Assembly (NCBI GenBank): GCA_947632455.1
Contig: CANRPK010000004.1
Coordinates: 3,542-67,541 of the forward strand
Length of the DNA stretch: 64,000 nucleotides
From: an uncultured Bacilli bacterium
GTDB lineage: Bacteria; Bacillota_I; Bacilli_A; RF39; UBA660
Direction: 5' to 3'
The notes beneath the pieces are model-generated. The model did not search any database and was not told the DNA's origin. It was given only the letters and a program-made list of their open reading frames with translations. The translations under genes were made by a program, and so were the position numbers. Of this stretch, positions 25,888-35,573 are shown piece by piece. The stretch's first letter is position 1; every line of letters begins with the position of its first letter.

Positions 25888-27192
25888 ATGTTAAAAAATA
25901 AAAAACTAAGATATTTTATACTAGCAATCATTATTATCCTTATAGGTGTATTTATTTTCTTTGCTATTAAAAAAACTAATAAAGATATAGAAGAAAAACC
26001 TGAGGTTATTCCAAACGATGTCCCTGTTAACCCAGAAGAAAATCTAACTATTAAAGAGGATCTAAAATTACCTTTAAATAGTCCTATTCCTACTATTAAA
26101 GACTTAACTAATCAAGATTTAGAAGGTCAAGTAGAAGTATATTTTGATTATGAATTATATGAAGAAGACACTTTAACTAAAGTTGGAGTATATAATATTG
26201 AATTAATTATCGAAGATCAAACTTATACAACATCTATTACTGTTGTTGATGAAGAAAAACCTACTTTAACTTTAAAAGAATTAACTATCACTGAAGGCCA
26301 AACTTATACTATTAATTCTTTTATAACTAAATGTAGTGATAATAGTAATGAAGCTTGTAGCTATAATTATACTAAAGAAGAAATGGCTAAATATACTAAA
26401 ACCGGAACATATGATATCATAATTGAAGCTAAAGATCCCAGTAATAATGCTACTACAGCTACAACTAAACTAATAATTAAAGCTAAACCAACAACGACTG
26501 ATACCAGCAAAAAAACTGAGGCTAAACCAAGTACTGAAACTAAACCAAGTACTGAAAATAAAACTCCTGAGACTAAACCTAATACTGAAAGTAAAACTAT
26601 TACTGAAGATAAAGAAACTGTAACTTATAAATATGGTGTTAAAATAACTACTATCGAAACTATTACCTATAATGTTGAGGCTGATGATACTAAAACCGAA
26701 ATTAAACGTCAAACAAAAAAGACTACTTATGATAATTCTACCTATAAAGCTACTACTGCCGAATTAAAATCTGAAGCTCAAGCTAATAGTAATACTTATG
26801 CTTCTAAAATAAACGAAATATTACAATATGTAAACTCTTATCGTTCAGAAGTAGATGCCGAAGACTTAGTATTAGATAATAATTTAACCTTAGCTGCTAA
26901 TATTAGAGCTCTAGAATTAGCTTGGTCAGGGAAAATAGAACATGCTAGACCAAATAGTTCTGATCCTCAAAGTTGCTTTACTGTATTATCTGATCTAGGT
27001 ATAAGAAATAATTATTTTACTCTAGGTGAAAATATAGCTGCCTATTTTACTACTCCTAAAGCTGTATCTGAAGGTTGGCGTCAATCTTCTGGTCATTATA
27101 AAAACATGATTAATCAAGATTTTCATAAAATAGGCATAGGAGTAGCTTATCTAAATGGCCAATATTATTGGGTGCAAATGTTTGGCAATTAA
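25888..27192 (+). CDS. Membrane-anchored surface protein with Ig-like region, T/K/P/E repeat linker and C-terminal CAP/SCP (YkwD-like) domain
   Basis: N-terminal TM helix; C-terminus YVNSYRSE...LELAWSGKIEHARPN...GENIA...GWRQSSGHYKNMINQDFHKIGIGV. Confidence 0.75.
   Translation: MLKNKKLRYFILAIIIILIGVFIFFAIKKTNKDIEEKPEVIPNDVPVNPEENLTIKEDLKLPLNSPIPTIKDLTNQDLEGQVEVYFDYELYEEDTLTKVGVYNIELIIEDQTYTTSITVVDEEKPTLTLKELTITEGQTYTINSFITKCSDNSNEACSYNYTKEEMAKYTKTGTYDIIIEAKDPSNNATTATTKLIIKAKPTTTDTSKKTEAKPSTETKPSTENKTPETKPNTESKTITEDKETVTYKYGVKITTIETITYNVEADDTKTEIKRQTKKTTYDNSTYKATTAELKSEAQANSNTYASKINEILQYVNSYRSEVDAEDLVLDNNLTLAANIRALELAWSGKIEHARPNSSDPQSCFTVLSDLGIRNNYFTLGENIAAYFTTPKAVSEGWRQSSGHYKNMINQDFHKIGIGVAYLNGQYYWVQMFGN
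26521..26592 (+). repeat. Four 18-nt (6-aa) tandem repeats encoding (A/T)KPSTE-like units
   Basis: gctaaaccaagtactgaa / actaaaccaagtactgaa / aataaaactcctgagact / aaacctaatactgaaagt. Confidence 0.8.
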
Positions 27193-27259
27193 AAAATATT
27201 GTACATCTTTAAATTTTTATGATATAATAACCTAAGTAAACAAAAAAGGACGGATAAAT

Positions 27260-27478
27260 ATGTTAGAAACAATATTATTAATAATCTCAGTTTTAATGAT
27301 CACCGTAGTATTATTACAAAGTAATAAAGCTAGTGATGCTGGTCAAATTATTACTGGTGGTAATGAAACATTATTTCAAAATATGAAAGAAAGAGGCTTT
27401 GAATTATTTATAAGTCGTCTTACTTTAGTATTAGGAGTTTTATTCTTTGTAATTTCTCTAGTATTATATTTAAAATAA
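27260..27478 (+). CDS. secG: Preprotein translocase subunit SecG
   Basis: 72 aa, two TM helices, VLLQSNKASDAG...GGNETLF motif. Confidence 0.8.
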   Translation: MLETILLIISVLMITVVLLQSNKASDAGQIITGGNETLFQNMKERGFELFISRLTLVLGVLFFVISLVLYLK

Positions 27479-27485
27479 TTTATAA

Positions 27486-27508
27486 GCTGATTAAATATCA
27501 GTTTTTTT
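27486..27508 (+). terminator. Terminator after secG
   Basis: GCTGAT-taaat-ATCAGT followed by a T-run. Confidence 0.7.
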
Positions 27509-27536
27509 ATTGCCAAAAATTACAAGTGTAAATAAG

Positions 27537-27575
27537 CGAATAATTGTTTACAAAACAAATGTATGCTGATATAAT
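27537..27575 (+). promoter_or_regulatory. Promoter of the radical-SAM operon with overlapping Cheo/LexA-box-like sequence
   Basis: TTTACA (27547-52), 17 nt, TATAAT (27570-75). CGAATAATTGTTTA (27537-50) resembles CGAAC-N4-GTTCG with 3 mismatches and overlaps the -35. Confidence 0.45.
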
Positions 27576-27591
27576 ATAATTGGTGATTAAA

Positions 27592-28806
27592 ATGGAATTA
27601 AAAGAAAAACTCCAAATCCTAGCCGATAGTGCCAAATATGATGCTTCCTGTTCTTCCTCGGGAAGTGACCGCTCTAATAAAAATGGGGTCGGAAATGCAG
27701 CCTATAGTGGTATTTGTCATTCTTTTGCTAGTGATGGAAGATGCATTTCTTTATTAAAAATATTACTCACTAATTGTTGCATATTTGATTGTAAATATTG
27801 TTTAAATCGTCGTAGTAATAATATTAAAAGAGCGATGTTTACTCCTGAAGAAATATGTAATATTACTCTTAATTTTTACCGCCGCAATTATATAGAAGGA
27901 TTATTTTTAAGTTCTGGTATTATTAAAAATCCTGATTATACTATGGAACTTTTAATTGAAACTATTTCTTTACTCCGTTATAAATATAAATTTAATGGTT
28001 ATATTCATGCCAAAGCTATCCCCGGAGCTAGTACAATTCTTTTAAATAGATTAGGTAAATTAGTTGATCGCCTAAGTGCTAATATTGAACTTCCTACTAA
28101 TGATGGCCTAAAACTTTTAGCTCCAGATAAAGATAGTAATAAAGTTGAAAAAATAATGGGCTATGTTAAAGAACATAAAAATAAAAACTTTGTTCCTGCC
28201 GGAGAAAGTACCCAAATGATTATTGGAGCCACCCCTGAAACAGATTTTGATATATTAACTAGAAGTGCATCTATGTATCAAAAATATGAATTAAAAAGAG
28301 TTTTTTATTCTGCTTATATTCCTATTAATACTGATAAGTTATTACCAACTATTGCTAAACCTCCTCTAAAAAGAGAAAATCGTCTTTATCAAGCCGATTG
28401 GCTATTAAGATATTATAACTTTAAAGTTGAAGATTTACTAACTTCAAATAATCCTAATTTTAATTTATTAATTGATCCTAAAGCGGATTACGCTCTAAGA
28501 CATATGGAACAATTTCCTAAAGAAATTAATACAGCGTCCTATAATGATTTATTAAAAATTCCTGGCATAGGAGTTACTAGTGCTAAAAGAATAATTAAAT
28601 CCCGGAAATATTTTAAAATAACCTTTAATGACTTAAAAAAGATGGGAGTAGTCTTAAAAAGAGCAAAATACTTTATTACTTGTAATAATAAATATTGCTT
28701 AGATATGTCCTTATATAAAAAAGATTTTATTGAAAGTAATTTAATTTTAGAAAATAAAAATATTCCAACTTCACCTAGTACCCAACTAAGTTTATTTAAT
28801 GAATAA
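27592..28806 (+). CDS. Putative DNA modification/repair radical SAM protein (TIGR03916-like) with C-terminal HhH
   Basis: LADSAKYDASCSSSG; the CIFDCKYC CX3CX2C cluster; C-terminal LLKIPGIGVTSAKRII helix-hairpin-helix. GGTGA SD before the ATG at 27592. Confidence 0.8.
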   Translation: MELKEKLQILADSAKYDASCSSSGSDRSNKNGVGNAAYSGICHSFASDGRCISLLKILLTNCCIFDCKYCLNRRSNNIKRAMFTPEEICNITLNFYRRNYIEGLFLSSGIIKNPDYTMELLIETISLLRYKYKFNGYIHAKAIPGASTILLNRLGKLVDRLSANIELPTNDGLKLLAPDKDSNKVEKIMGYVKEHKNKNFVPAGESTQMIIGATPETDFDILTRSASMYQKYELKRVFYSAYIPINTDKLLPTIAKPPLKRENRLYQADWLLRYYNFKVEDLLTSNNPNFNLLIDPKADYALRHMEQFPKEINTASYNDLLKIPGIGVTSAKRIIKSRKYFKITFNDLKKMGVVLKRAKYFITCNNKYCLDMSLYKKDFIESNLILENKNIPTSPSTQLSLFNE

Positions 28807-29545
28807 AGTATATTTATATAATAAAACTTTTGTAAATCTTTTAAGTTTAATAACATATTTAATCCAAAATAATATTATCCCAAATGATATTAAACCTATA
28901 GACTATGAACCCAATCTTTTAGACCAAACTATTAATTTAAATATTTCTGATAATTCTAAAATCATTCCCGAATTAAAAAAACATTTTGCAGTTTTAAAGG
29001 TAATGTATTATGTCTTTTTATCTGATCAAAATAATAAAGAATTAATTATTTATTATTTTTACTTAAACTATCTAAAATATTCTCTTCATGTTTTAAATAT
29101 GCGTAATCTTAATTGTGTTACTAAAGCCCTAAAAATAGCTAGTTATGTCAGTAAAGAAAATCATAAATTAAAAGGATTTATAAGATTTAAACAATTAAAT
29201 AATAAAGTGTTATATGCCAAAATAGAACCAACTAATAATGTTATTTTACTACTATCAAATCATTTTCAAAAAAGACTAGCCAATGAATATTGGTTAATCC
29301 ATGATACTAAAAGAAATATAATCAGTTTGTATGATAAAAAACATTTTTATTTAATAAATGCCATAAACCTTAAACTAGATCTTAATGCAAGTGATGAAAT
29401 ATATGAAGATTTATGGCAAACATTTTATGATACAGTAGGAATAAAAGAAAGAAAAAATGATCGTGCCCGGCTAAATTTTATGCCTAAAAAATATTGGAAA
29501 AATATTATAGAAATGAGGAATGAATGTGAAAAAAGTAATCAGTGA
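28799..29545 (+). CDS. DUF4130 / TIGR03915-like putative DNA repair protein, the usual partner of the radical SAM protein
   Basis: Overlaps the upstream gene. C-terminus LWQTFYDTVGIKERKNDRARLNFMPKKYWKNIIE. Confidence 0.7.
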   Translation: MNKVYLYNKTFVNLLSLITYLIQNNIIPNDIKPIDYEPNLLDQTINLNISDNSKIIPELKKHFAVLKVMYYVFLSDQNNKELIIYYFYLNYLKYSLHVLNMRNLNCVTKALKIASYVSKENHKLKGFIRFKQLNNKVLYAKIEPTNNVILLLSNHFQKRLANEYWLIHDTKRNIISLYDKKHFYLINAINLKLDLNASDEIYEDLWQTFYDTVGIKERKNDRARLNFMPKKYWKNIIEMRNECEKSNQ

Positions 29546-31022
29546 TGAAGATTTAAAATTAAAAATTAATGAAGCTATTAAATTAATATGTAATCCCACT
29601 AAAAGAACTTTAGGCCCCAAAGGTTGTAATTCTATTGTGGACCCTTTAGATTTAGCTCCATTTATTACTAATGATGGCGTTACTATTGCCTCGAATATTG
29701 CTAGTGATGATGTCGCAGTAAATACAATCTTAGAAATCATAAAAGAAGCTTCAATTAAAACTAATGAATTAGTCGGAGATGGGACCACTACCACTTTAGT
29801 TTTATTAGAAAGTATTTATAATGCCATTACTAAATTAATTCTTCAAGGTAAAAATCCTATTATATTAAAAGAAGAATTAGAAACTGCGACTAAAGAAGTA
29901 GTTAATTTGTTAAATAATAAAAGTAAAAAGCCTAGCTTAAAAAACTTGCAAAGTATTGCTAGTATAGCTGCAAAAAATAAAGAAATAGGTAAAAATATTG
30001 CCGATGCTTATAAAAAAGTTGGTCCTGGCATTTATTTAGAGGAAAGTCTTGATGAAAAAACCAGTATTGTTTTTAATAAAGGGTATCAGTTTGAAACCCT
30101 CTTAGCATCCCCATATTTTTTAAAATCTCAAGATGAAATAATTTATTCTAATCCTTATATATTAGTAACTAATGAAGAAATAAATTCTGCCAATATCTCG
30201 GCTATTTTAAAATTTATTTTTGATACCAAAAGTTCTTTAATAATTATAGCCAAAGATTATGATGATTATTTTCTTAATAATATACTAAATGACTATTTAG
30301 AAAATACAGCTAATATAATTTTGTTAAAATCTCCAGGATATGGCTTAGAAGAATTAAATATATTAGAAGATATAGCCACTATTAGTGATAGTAATTTAAT
30401 GAGTAATAATTTTTGTGTATCTTCGTTGGGAAAAGTTCCTCAAATAAAAATTAATAAAGAAATAACTACTATTGAATTTAATCCTAGCCCCAAAATTAAT
30501 AGTTATCTAAAAACTTTAAGTAAAAATACTTCTTCAGTTCGCAAAAATATGTTAACTAAAGGTTCAGTTACAATTAAAATAGGCTCACCAACTTCAACTG
30601 AGACTAAAGAAAAGAAAATGCATTATGAAGATGCTCTATGGGCTATAAATATTGCTAAAGATGGAGTATTACCGGGCTCAGGAATAACTCTTTATGAAAT
30701 AAGTGATAATCTGCCAAATAAAACGAATGGTTATCAAATATTAAAAGAAGCTCTAAAAGCTCCTCTAAATCAAATTTTATTAAATGCTGGTATTTCCCCG
30801 GATACTATTATTTCTAAAATCCGCACCATTAATTTTACTAAGATATATAATGTTATGACAAATACATATGAAGATATAAAAACTACCGAAATAATAGATC
30901 CTAGTTTAGTAATTATTACGGCCCTAAAAAATGCTGTTAGTATTGCAAGTATCTTAGCTACCACTACCTCACTCATCATTAATGAACAAGCACCCATAAG
31001 TAAAGAAGATTTTAATTTATAA
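29526..31022 (+). CDS. Divergent, shortened GroEL/Cpn60-family chaperonin-like protein with no adjacent GroES
   Basis: RTLGPKGCNSIV, ITNDGVTIA, ELVGDGTTTTLVLLESI, YEDALWAINIAKDGVLPGSG. About 498 aa with no GGM tail. The start is ambiguous (GTG 29526 with GAGG 7 nt upstream, or ATG 29520). Overlaps the DUF4130 gene. Confidence 0.7.
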   Translation: MKKVISDEDLKLKINEAIKLICNPTKRTLGPKGCNSIVDPLDLAPFITNDGVTIASNIASDDVAVNTILEIIKEASIKTNELVGDGTTTTLVLLESIYNAITKLILQGKNPIILKEELETATKEVVNLLNNKSKKPSLKNLQSIASIAAKNKEIGKNIADAYKKVGPGIYLEESLDEKTSIVFNKGYQFETLLASPYFLKSQDEIIYSNPYILVTNEEINSANISAILKFIFDTKSSLIIIAKDYDDYFLNNILNDYLENTANIILLKSPGYGLEELNILEDIATISDSNLMSNNFCVSSLGKVPQIKINKEITTIEFNPSPKINSYLKTLSKNTSSVRKNMLTKGSVTIKIGSPTSTETKEKKMHYEDALWAINIAKDGVLPGSGITLYEISDNLPNKTNGYQILKEALKAPLNQILLNAGISPDTIISKIRTINFTKIYNVMTNTYEDIKTTEIIDPSLVIITALKNAVSIASILATTTSLIINEQAPISKEDFNL

Positions 31023-31857
31023 GTTTTTGATCAATATCAAATTCAATAAATTTTATTCCTGTTTTTCTAGCAATAATTTCTTTTTTAATGTTGGCCTCCG
31101 CATTAATTAAACTTTTAACTGTATAATCTTTTGCTAAACTTACATTAATAATTAGTTGACTATACATACCTCTTTTAATTAAAGTATAACTATTAAAAAT
31201 AATTTTTTTATAATTTTTAAAAACATCTTGTAATGTCGCTTCTATTTTGTCATCTTTAATATTTTCCCCAATTAATAAACCAATATTTTCGCCAATAATT
31301 TTAATTGCTTGATATATAATCATTAAACCTATTAAAACACTGCCAACCATATCAGCTTTAGGAAAAATAAATGATGAACAAATAACTAAAATTAAAATTC
31401 CAGAAGACATGGCATCGATAAATGATTCCTTACTTGAAGTAATAAGAATATTACTATTTATTCTATTTCCCACTTTAAATAAAATTTTTGAACTATAAAC
31501 CTTAAGTCCTATTACTAAGATAATTGGCATAACTACCAATAAATCAGGCCTTGAATATTTAACTTTTAAACCCATAAAAATAACAACCAATCCCACTAAA
31601 AATATCACAAAGCCCATAATCATTTGCATAATATATTCAAAGTTTCCATATCCTAAAGGATATCTTTTGTTAGGTCTTTTTTTACTTACTTTTGCGCCAA
31701 TCATCGCTAAAACATCCGTAATTAAATCACTAAATGTATAAAAACCATCCGCAATTATTGAAGAAAAATTAAAAAATATTCCTGATAATATTTTGATAAT
31801 TGCCACAAATAAATTAATAAATGCACTAAATATTAAAGTTCTTTTTTCTGCTTTCAT
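31012..31857 (-). CDS. Cation diffusion facilitator (CDF) family transporter
   Basis: Six TM helices plus a C-terminal cytoplasmic domain. TM2 reads SSIIADGFYTFSDLITD, with Tyr where CDF proteins usually have His. Confidence 0.7.
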   Translation of the reverse strand: MKAEKRTLIFSAFINLFVAIIKILSGIFFNFSSIIADGFYTFSDLITDVLAMIGAKVSKKRPNKRYPLGYGNFEYIMQMIMGFVIFLVGLVVIFMGLKVKYSRPDLLVVMPIILVIGLKVYSSKILFKVGNRINSNILITSSKESFIDAMSSGILILVICSSFIFPKADMVGSVLIGLMIIYQAIKIIGENIGLLIGENIKDDKIEATLQDVFKNYKKIIFNSYTLIKRGMYSQLIINVSLAKDYTVKSLINAEANIKKEIIARKTGIKFIEFDIDQKLIN

Positions 31858-31971
31858 TTAAATCCCTCTATTTTAATTTTAACATATTCTCAAAATATAT
31901 CCAATCTTAAATAAAAATTTTTCTTTTCAAGCACTAAACTTTATAATATAATATTTATAAGGAGGAAAACT

Positions 31972-33357
31972 ATGAAATTATATAATACTGAAACTCATCA
32001 AATAGAAGAATTTATTCCTTGGGACAAAAACCATGTTAAAATGTATACTTGTGGCCCAACCGTCTATAACTATGCCCATATTGGTAATTTACGTACGTAT
32101 ATTATGGAAGATATATTAGAAAAAACTTTACGTTTATTAGGTTATAATGTTACTAGAGTAATGAATATTACCGATGTTGGTCATTTAAGTAGTGATGCTG
32201 ATACAGGTGAAGATAAAATGGTAAAAAGTGCTAAAAAAGAACACACAACTGTATTAGAAATAGCTAAATTTTATACTGATGCTTTCTTTAAAGACACTGC
32301 TAAATTAAATATTAAAAAACCTGATATTGTAAGTCCAGCGACTGAAAATATTTCTGAATATATTAAAATTATTACTAAATTATTAGAAACAGGCTATGCT
32401 TATTCCGCCGGTGGTAATATCTACTTTGACACATCTAAATTAACTAATTATTATCGCTTAAGTAATCATGTTAAAGAAGAATTAATAAGTGGGGTAAGAG
32501 ATACAGTTGAAGAAGATTTAAATAAGAAAAATAAAACAGACTTTGTTTTATGGTTTACTAAATCCAAATTTGAAGATCAAGATTTAAAATGGGATAGTCC
32601 ATTTGGCTTAGGTTATCCAGGCTGGCATATAGAATGTTCAGGTATATCTTTAAAATATTTAGGTGAATACCTTGATATCCATTGTGGAGGAGTAGATAAT
32701 ATTTTCCCCCATCATACTAATGAAATTGCTCAATCAGAATCTTATATTGGCCATAAATGGTGTAAGTATTGGGTTCATGGTGAACATTTAAATGACGCTA
32801 ATGGTAAAATGAGTAAATCGAAAGGCCAAACTTTAACCGTATCTTATCTTGAAGAATTAGGCTTTGATCCTATAAGTTATCGTTTCTTTGTTTTACAAAG
32901 CCATTATCGTAAACAATTAACTTTTAGTATAGAAGCTCTAACTGGGGCTGCTAATGCTTATAAAAAATTAAAAAATAAAGTATTAAGCTTAAAAGATAAT
33001 GAAGAAATAGATAAAACAATTTTAGAAAAATATGAAGATAATTTTAAAGCTTGTCTAAGTGATGATTTAAATACAGCCAATGCTATAACTTTGATGTATG
33101 ATGCCATAAAAGAAAATACTACTGATACTACTAAATTAGAAATAATCAAATATTTTGATCAAGTATTATCTTTATCATTATGTCAAAAAGAGAGCTTGGC
33201 TGTTGATGAAGCTTATATCAAAGAAATGATTGCTAAAAGAAATATTGCCAAACAAAATAAAGATTATGCTTTAGCAGATGCTATTAGAAATGAATTGTTA
33301 GAACAAAAAATAGTCTTAAAAGACACCCGAGAAGGTACTATTTATGAGGTCCAATAA
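31972..33357 (+). CDS. cysS: Cysteine--tRNA ligase
   Basis: CGPTVYNYAHIGNLRTY (HIGH), GKMSKSKG (KMSKS), WHIECS. Confidence 0.95.
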   Translation: MKLYNTETHQIEEFIPWDKNHVKMYTCGPTVYNYAHIGNLRTYIMEDILEKTLRLLGYNVTRVMNITDVGHLSSDADTGEDKMVKSAKKEHTTVLEIAKFYTDAFFKDTAKLNIKKPDIVSPATENISEYIKIITKLLETGYAYSAGGNIYFDTSKLTNYYRLSNHVKEELISGVRDTVEEDLNKKNKTDFVLWFTKSKFEDQDLKWDSPFGLGYPGWHIECSGISLKYLGEYLDIHCGGVDNIFPHHTNEIAQSESYIGHKWCKYWVHGEHLNDANGKMSKSKGQTLTVSYLEELGFDPISYRFFVLQSHYRKQLTFSIEALTGAANAYKKLKNKVLSLKDNEEIDKTILEKYEDNFKACLSDDLNTANAITLMYDAIKENTTDTTKLEIIKYFDQVLSLSLCQKESLAVDEAYIKEMIAKRNIAKQNKDYALADAIRNELLEQKIVLKDTREGTIYEVQ

Positions 33358-33992
33358 TGGGTACCATAATAGAAATAACATTCGTTACTATATTAATAAT
33401 TATAATTATTGCTAACTTAATTGCTAGTAATTATCAAAAAGAATATCGCCAAATGCATAATGAAGTAAATTTATCTGGTTTTGAAATAGCTAAATTAATT
33501 ACAAATAAATTTTGTGATGAAGAGCCCCATATTATTAAAAAAAAGACTTGGCGTTTTTTAGATTATTATAACTCTAATCGTCATGTTATTAAATTAAATC
33601 CCGAAGTCTTTGATGAAACTAATATGTTAGCCACTTTTATTGCCATTACAACCAGTACTGAATTAATTGATGATAATAAAAGAATTGATATCATCCATAA
33701 ATTAGGATCTTTTCTTTTACTAAGTTTTTATCTTTTAATTATAATTGGTGCTTTATTAAATAATTATTCGCTAATTAATCTTAGTTTAATAATTTTTATT
33801 ATATCTTTTCTAATTGAAATAAGTTATATAATAAAATTTATAAATAATAATATGACGAGTGTACAATTAACTGATTTACTAAATAAAGAAAAAATACTTG
33901 AACCAAAAGAAATGTTAAATAATTTTAAAAACTTTTGCTTCATTATTAAAATAGCTAGTTTTCCCTATAACTTTATCAATTACTTTAACTAA
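33357..33992 (+). CDS. YugP-like (Zn_peptidase_2) membrane protein with the HExxH motif lost
   Basis: Aligns by eye to B. subtilis YugP: SGFEIAKLI..., FLDYYNSNRHVIKLNPEVF. AAHEVGHA is replaced by AITTSTEL. The start overlaps the cysS stop (TAATG). Confidence 0.5.
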   Translation: MGTIIEITFVTILIIIIIANLIASNYQKEYRQMHNEVNLSGFEIAKLITNKFCDEEPHIIKKKTWRFLDYYNSNRHVIKLNPEVFDETNMLATFIAITTSTELIDDNKRIDIIHKLGSFLLLSFYLLIIIGALLNNYSLINLSLIIFIISFLIEISYIIKFINNNMTSVQLTDLLNKEKILEPKEMLNNFKNFCFIIKIASFPYNFINYFN

Positions 33993-34054
33993 TAGGAGTA
34001 AAAAATTGAATAAGCTCCTTTTTTTTGTTATAATAAAAAATAGGAGTGATTAAA

Positions 34055-35572
34055 TTGCGAACTAAAAAAACTTTTATAAATGCTTTATCAGTTTTAATAT
34101 TTAATCTTATTATCGGTATTATTGGTTTTATAAAAGTTCGGGTTTTTGTAAATGGTTTAAGCAATGATATCTATTCTTTAAATCAACTTTTTTATCAAGT
34201 ATTTAGTTATATAGCTATAACAGATATTGGCTTTGGCCTTTTATTAAATAAAGCTTTATATCAAGCCTTCGCTAATAATAATCATGATGAAGTAAATGAA
34301 ATTTATACTACATCTCGTAGATTTTATAATATTATAGCTATAATAATGATAACTATATCACTAATTATTAGTTTTATAATTCATTATTTTACTAAAGCAA
34401 ACGTTCCTAACTATTATATTCAAATCATGTTTATTGTATTTGTTATAAAAAATGTAGTAGATTATTTCTTTATTGCTCCTAGATATGTTTTAGAAGCTGA
34501 TCAAAAATTATATAAAGTAAATCATTTTGTTAGATTATCTAAAATCTTAGAACAAATCGTAGAAATGATTTTAGTAATTATAGGAGTGGACTTCTTAATT
34601 GTATTAATTCCCGGTATTTTTATTACCATTATCTTAGATATATATATTAATAAAAAAATATATAGTTATTATCCATGGCTTAAAAATACTAAAAAATTTA
34701 ATCGTCAATATTTAAAAGGAACTAAAGAAGTTATTTGGTTAAAATTAGCGGGTCTTCTCGGTTCTAATACGGATATTATTTTAATATCAACTTTTATTAA
34801 TCCTCTAAGTGTTATTATATATACTTCTTATACATATATAACTAAATTTATAACCGATACTATTTATATGATATTTACGGCTATCTTACCAAGCTTTGCT
34901 AATGTCTTATTAAAAGAAAAACCCCAAAAAACTTATAATGTTTTTAATGAAGTAAATATGTTTTTCTTATTTTTAGGAAGTTTTGTCTTTATAATGCTTT
35001 ATGCCTTTTTAAATAAATTAATTATATTTTGGGTTGGCCCTAATTATTTAGTTAATAATCTAACTTTATTTTGCTTTGCTTTTATAGCATTTCAATTAAT
35101 CGCTGAAAAATCGACAATGTTAGTTATAAATAGTCGTGGTTTATTTAAAGAAACTAAAATAGCTACCATCATGGAAGCCATCTTAAATTTAATAATTTCT
35201 CTAATACTAGTAAATAAAATTGGTTTAATTGGTGTCTTATTAGGTACTATAATATCTAAATTATTAACTTCATTTATACAAAACCCTATTTATATTTATA
35301 AAAATATTTTTCAAGAAAAAGCTTTTACTTATTATTTAAAATATTTTCTTGTTTTAATAATTAATATAATATTTGTTATAATATTTAATATTTTAAATCT
35401 CAATATTAGTAGTGTTCTATCATTTATTATATATGTTTTAATATTTGCTCTTATTGTCAGTTTAATTTTGTTTGCTCTTTACTATGCTTTATTTAAATCG
35501 TTCCGTGCTTTATGCAAAAGAGCTCTAGAATTTATTAAAGTTAGAGGTAAATATTTAGAAAGTGAGGCTTAA
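34055..35572 (+). CDS. Wzx/MOP-family polysaccharide flippase
   Basis: ~505 aa with 12 or more TM helices and a typical oligosaccharide flippase profile. AGGAG SD 8 nt before the TTG at 34055; GTG 34046 overlaps the SD. Confidence 0.7.
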   Translation: MRTKKTFINALSVLIFNLIIGIIGFIKVRVFVNGLSNDIYSLNQLFYQVFSYIAITDIGFGLLLNKALYQAFANNNHDEVNEIYTTSRRFYNIIAIIMITISLIISFIIHYFTKANVPNYYIQIMFIVFVIKNVVDYFFIAPRYVLEADQKLYKVNHFVRLSKILEQIVEMILVIIGVDFLIVLIPGIFITIILDIYINKKIYSYYPWLKNTKKFNRQYLKGTKEVIWLKLAGLLGSNTDIILISTFINPLSVIIYTSYTYITKFITDTIYMIFTAILPSFANVLLKEKPQKTYNVFNEVNMFFLFLGSFVFIMLYAFLNKLIIFWVGPNYLVNNLTLFCFAFIAFQLIAEKSTMLVINSRGLFKETKIATIMEAILNLIISLILVNKIGLIGVLLGTIISKLLTSFIQNPIYIYKNIFQEKAFTYYLKYFLVLIINIIFVIIFNILNLNISSVLSFIIYVLIFALIVSLILFALYYALFKSFRALCKRALEFIKVRGKYLESEA

Positions 35573-35573
35573 A

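Noticed and set aside
31858-31971. A T-box riboswitch upstream of cysS.
   Set aside because: The leader is only about 110 nt. I could not find a specifier loop, a T-box sequence or a terminator/antiterminator pair.
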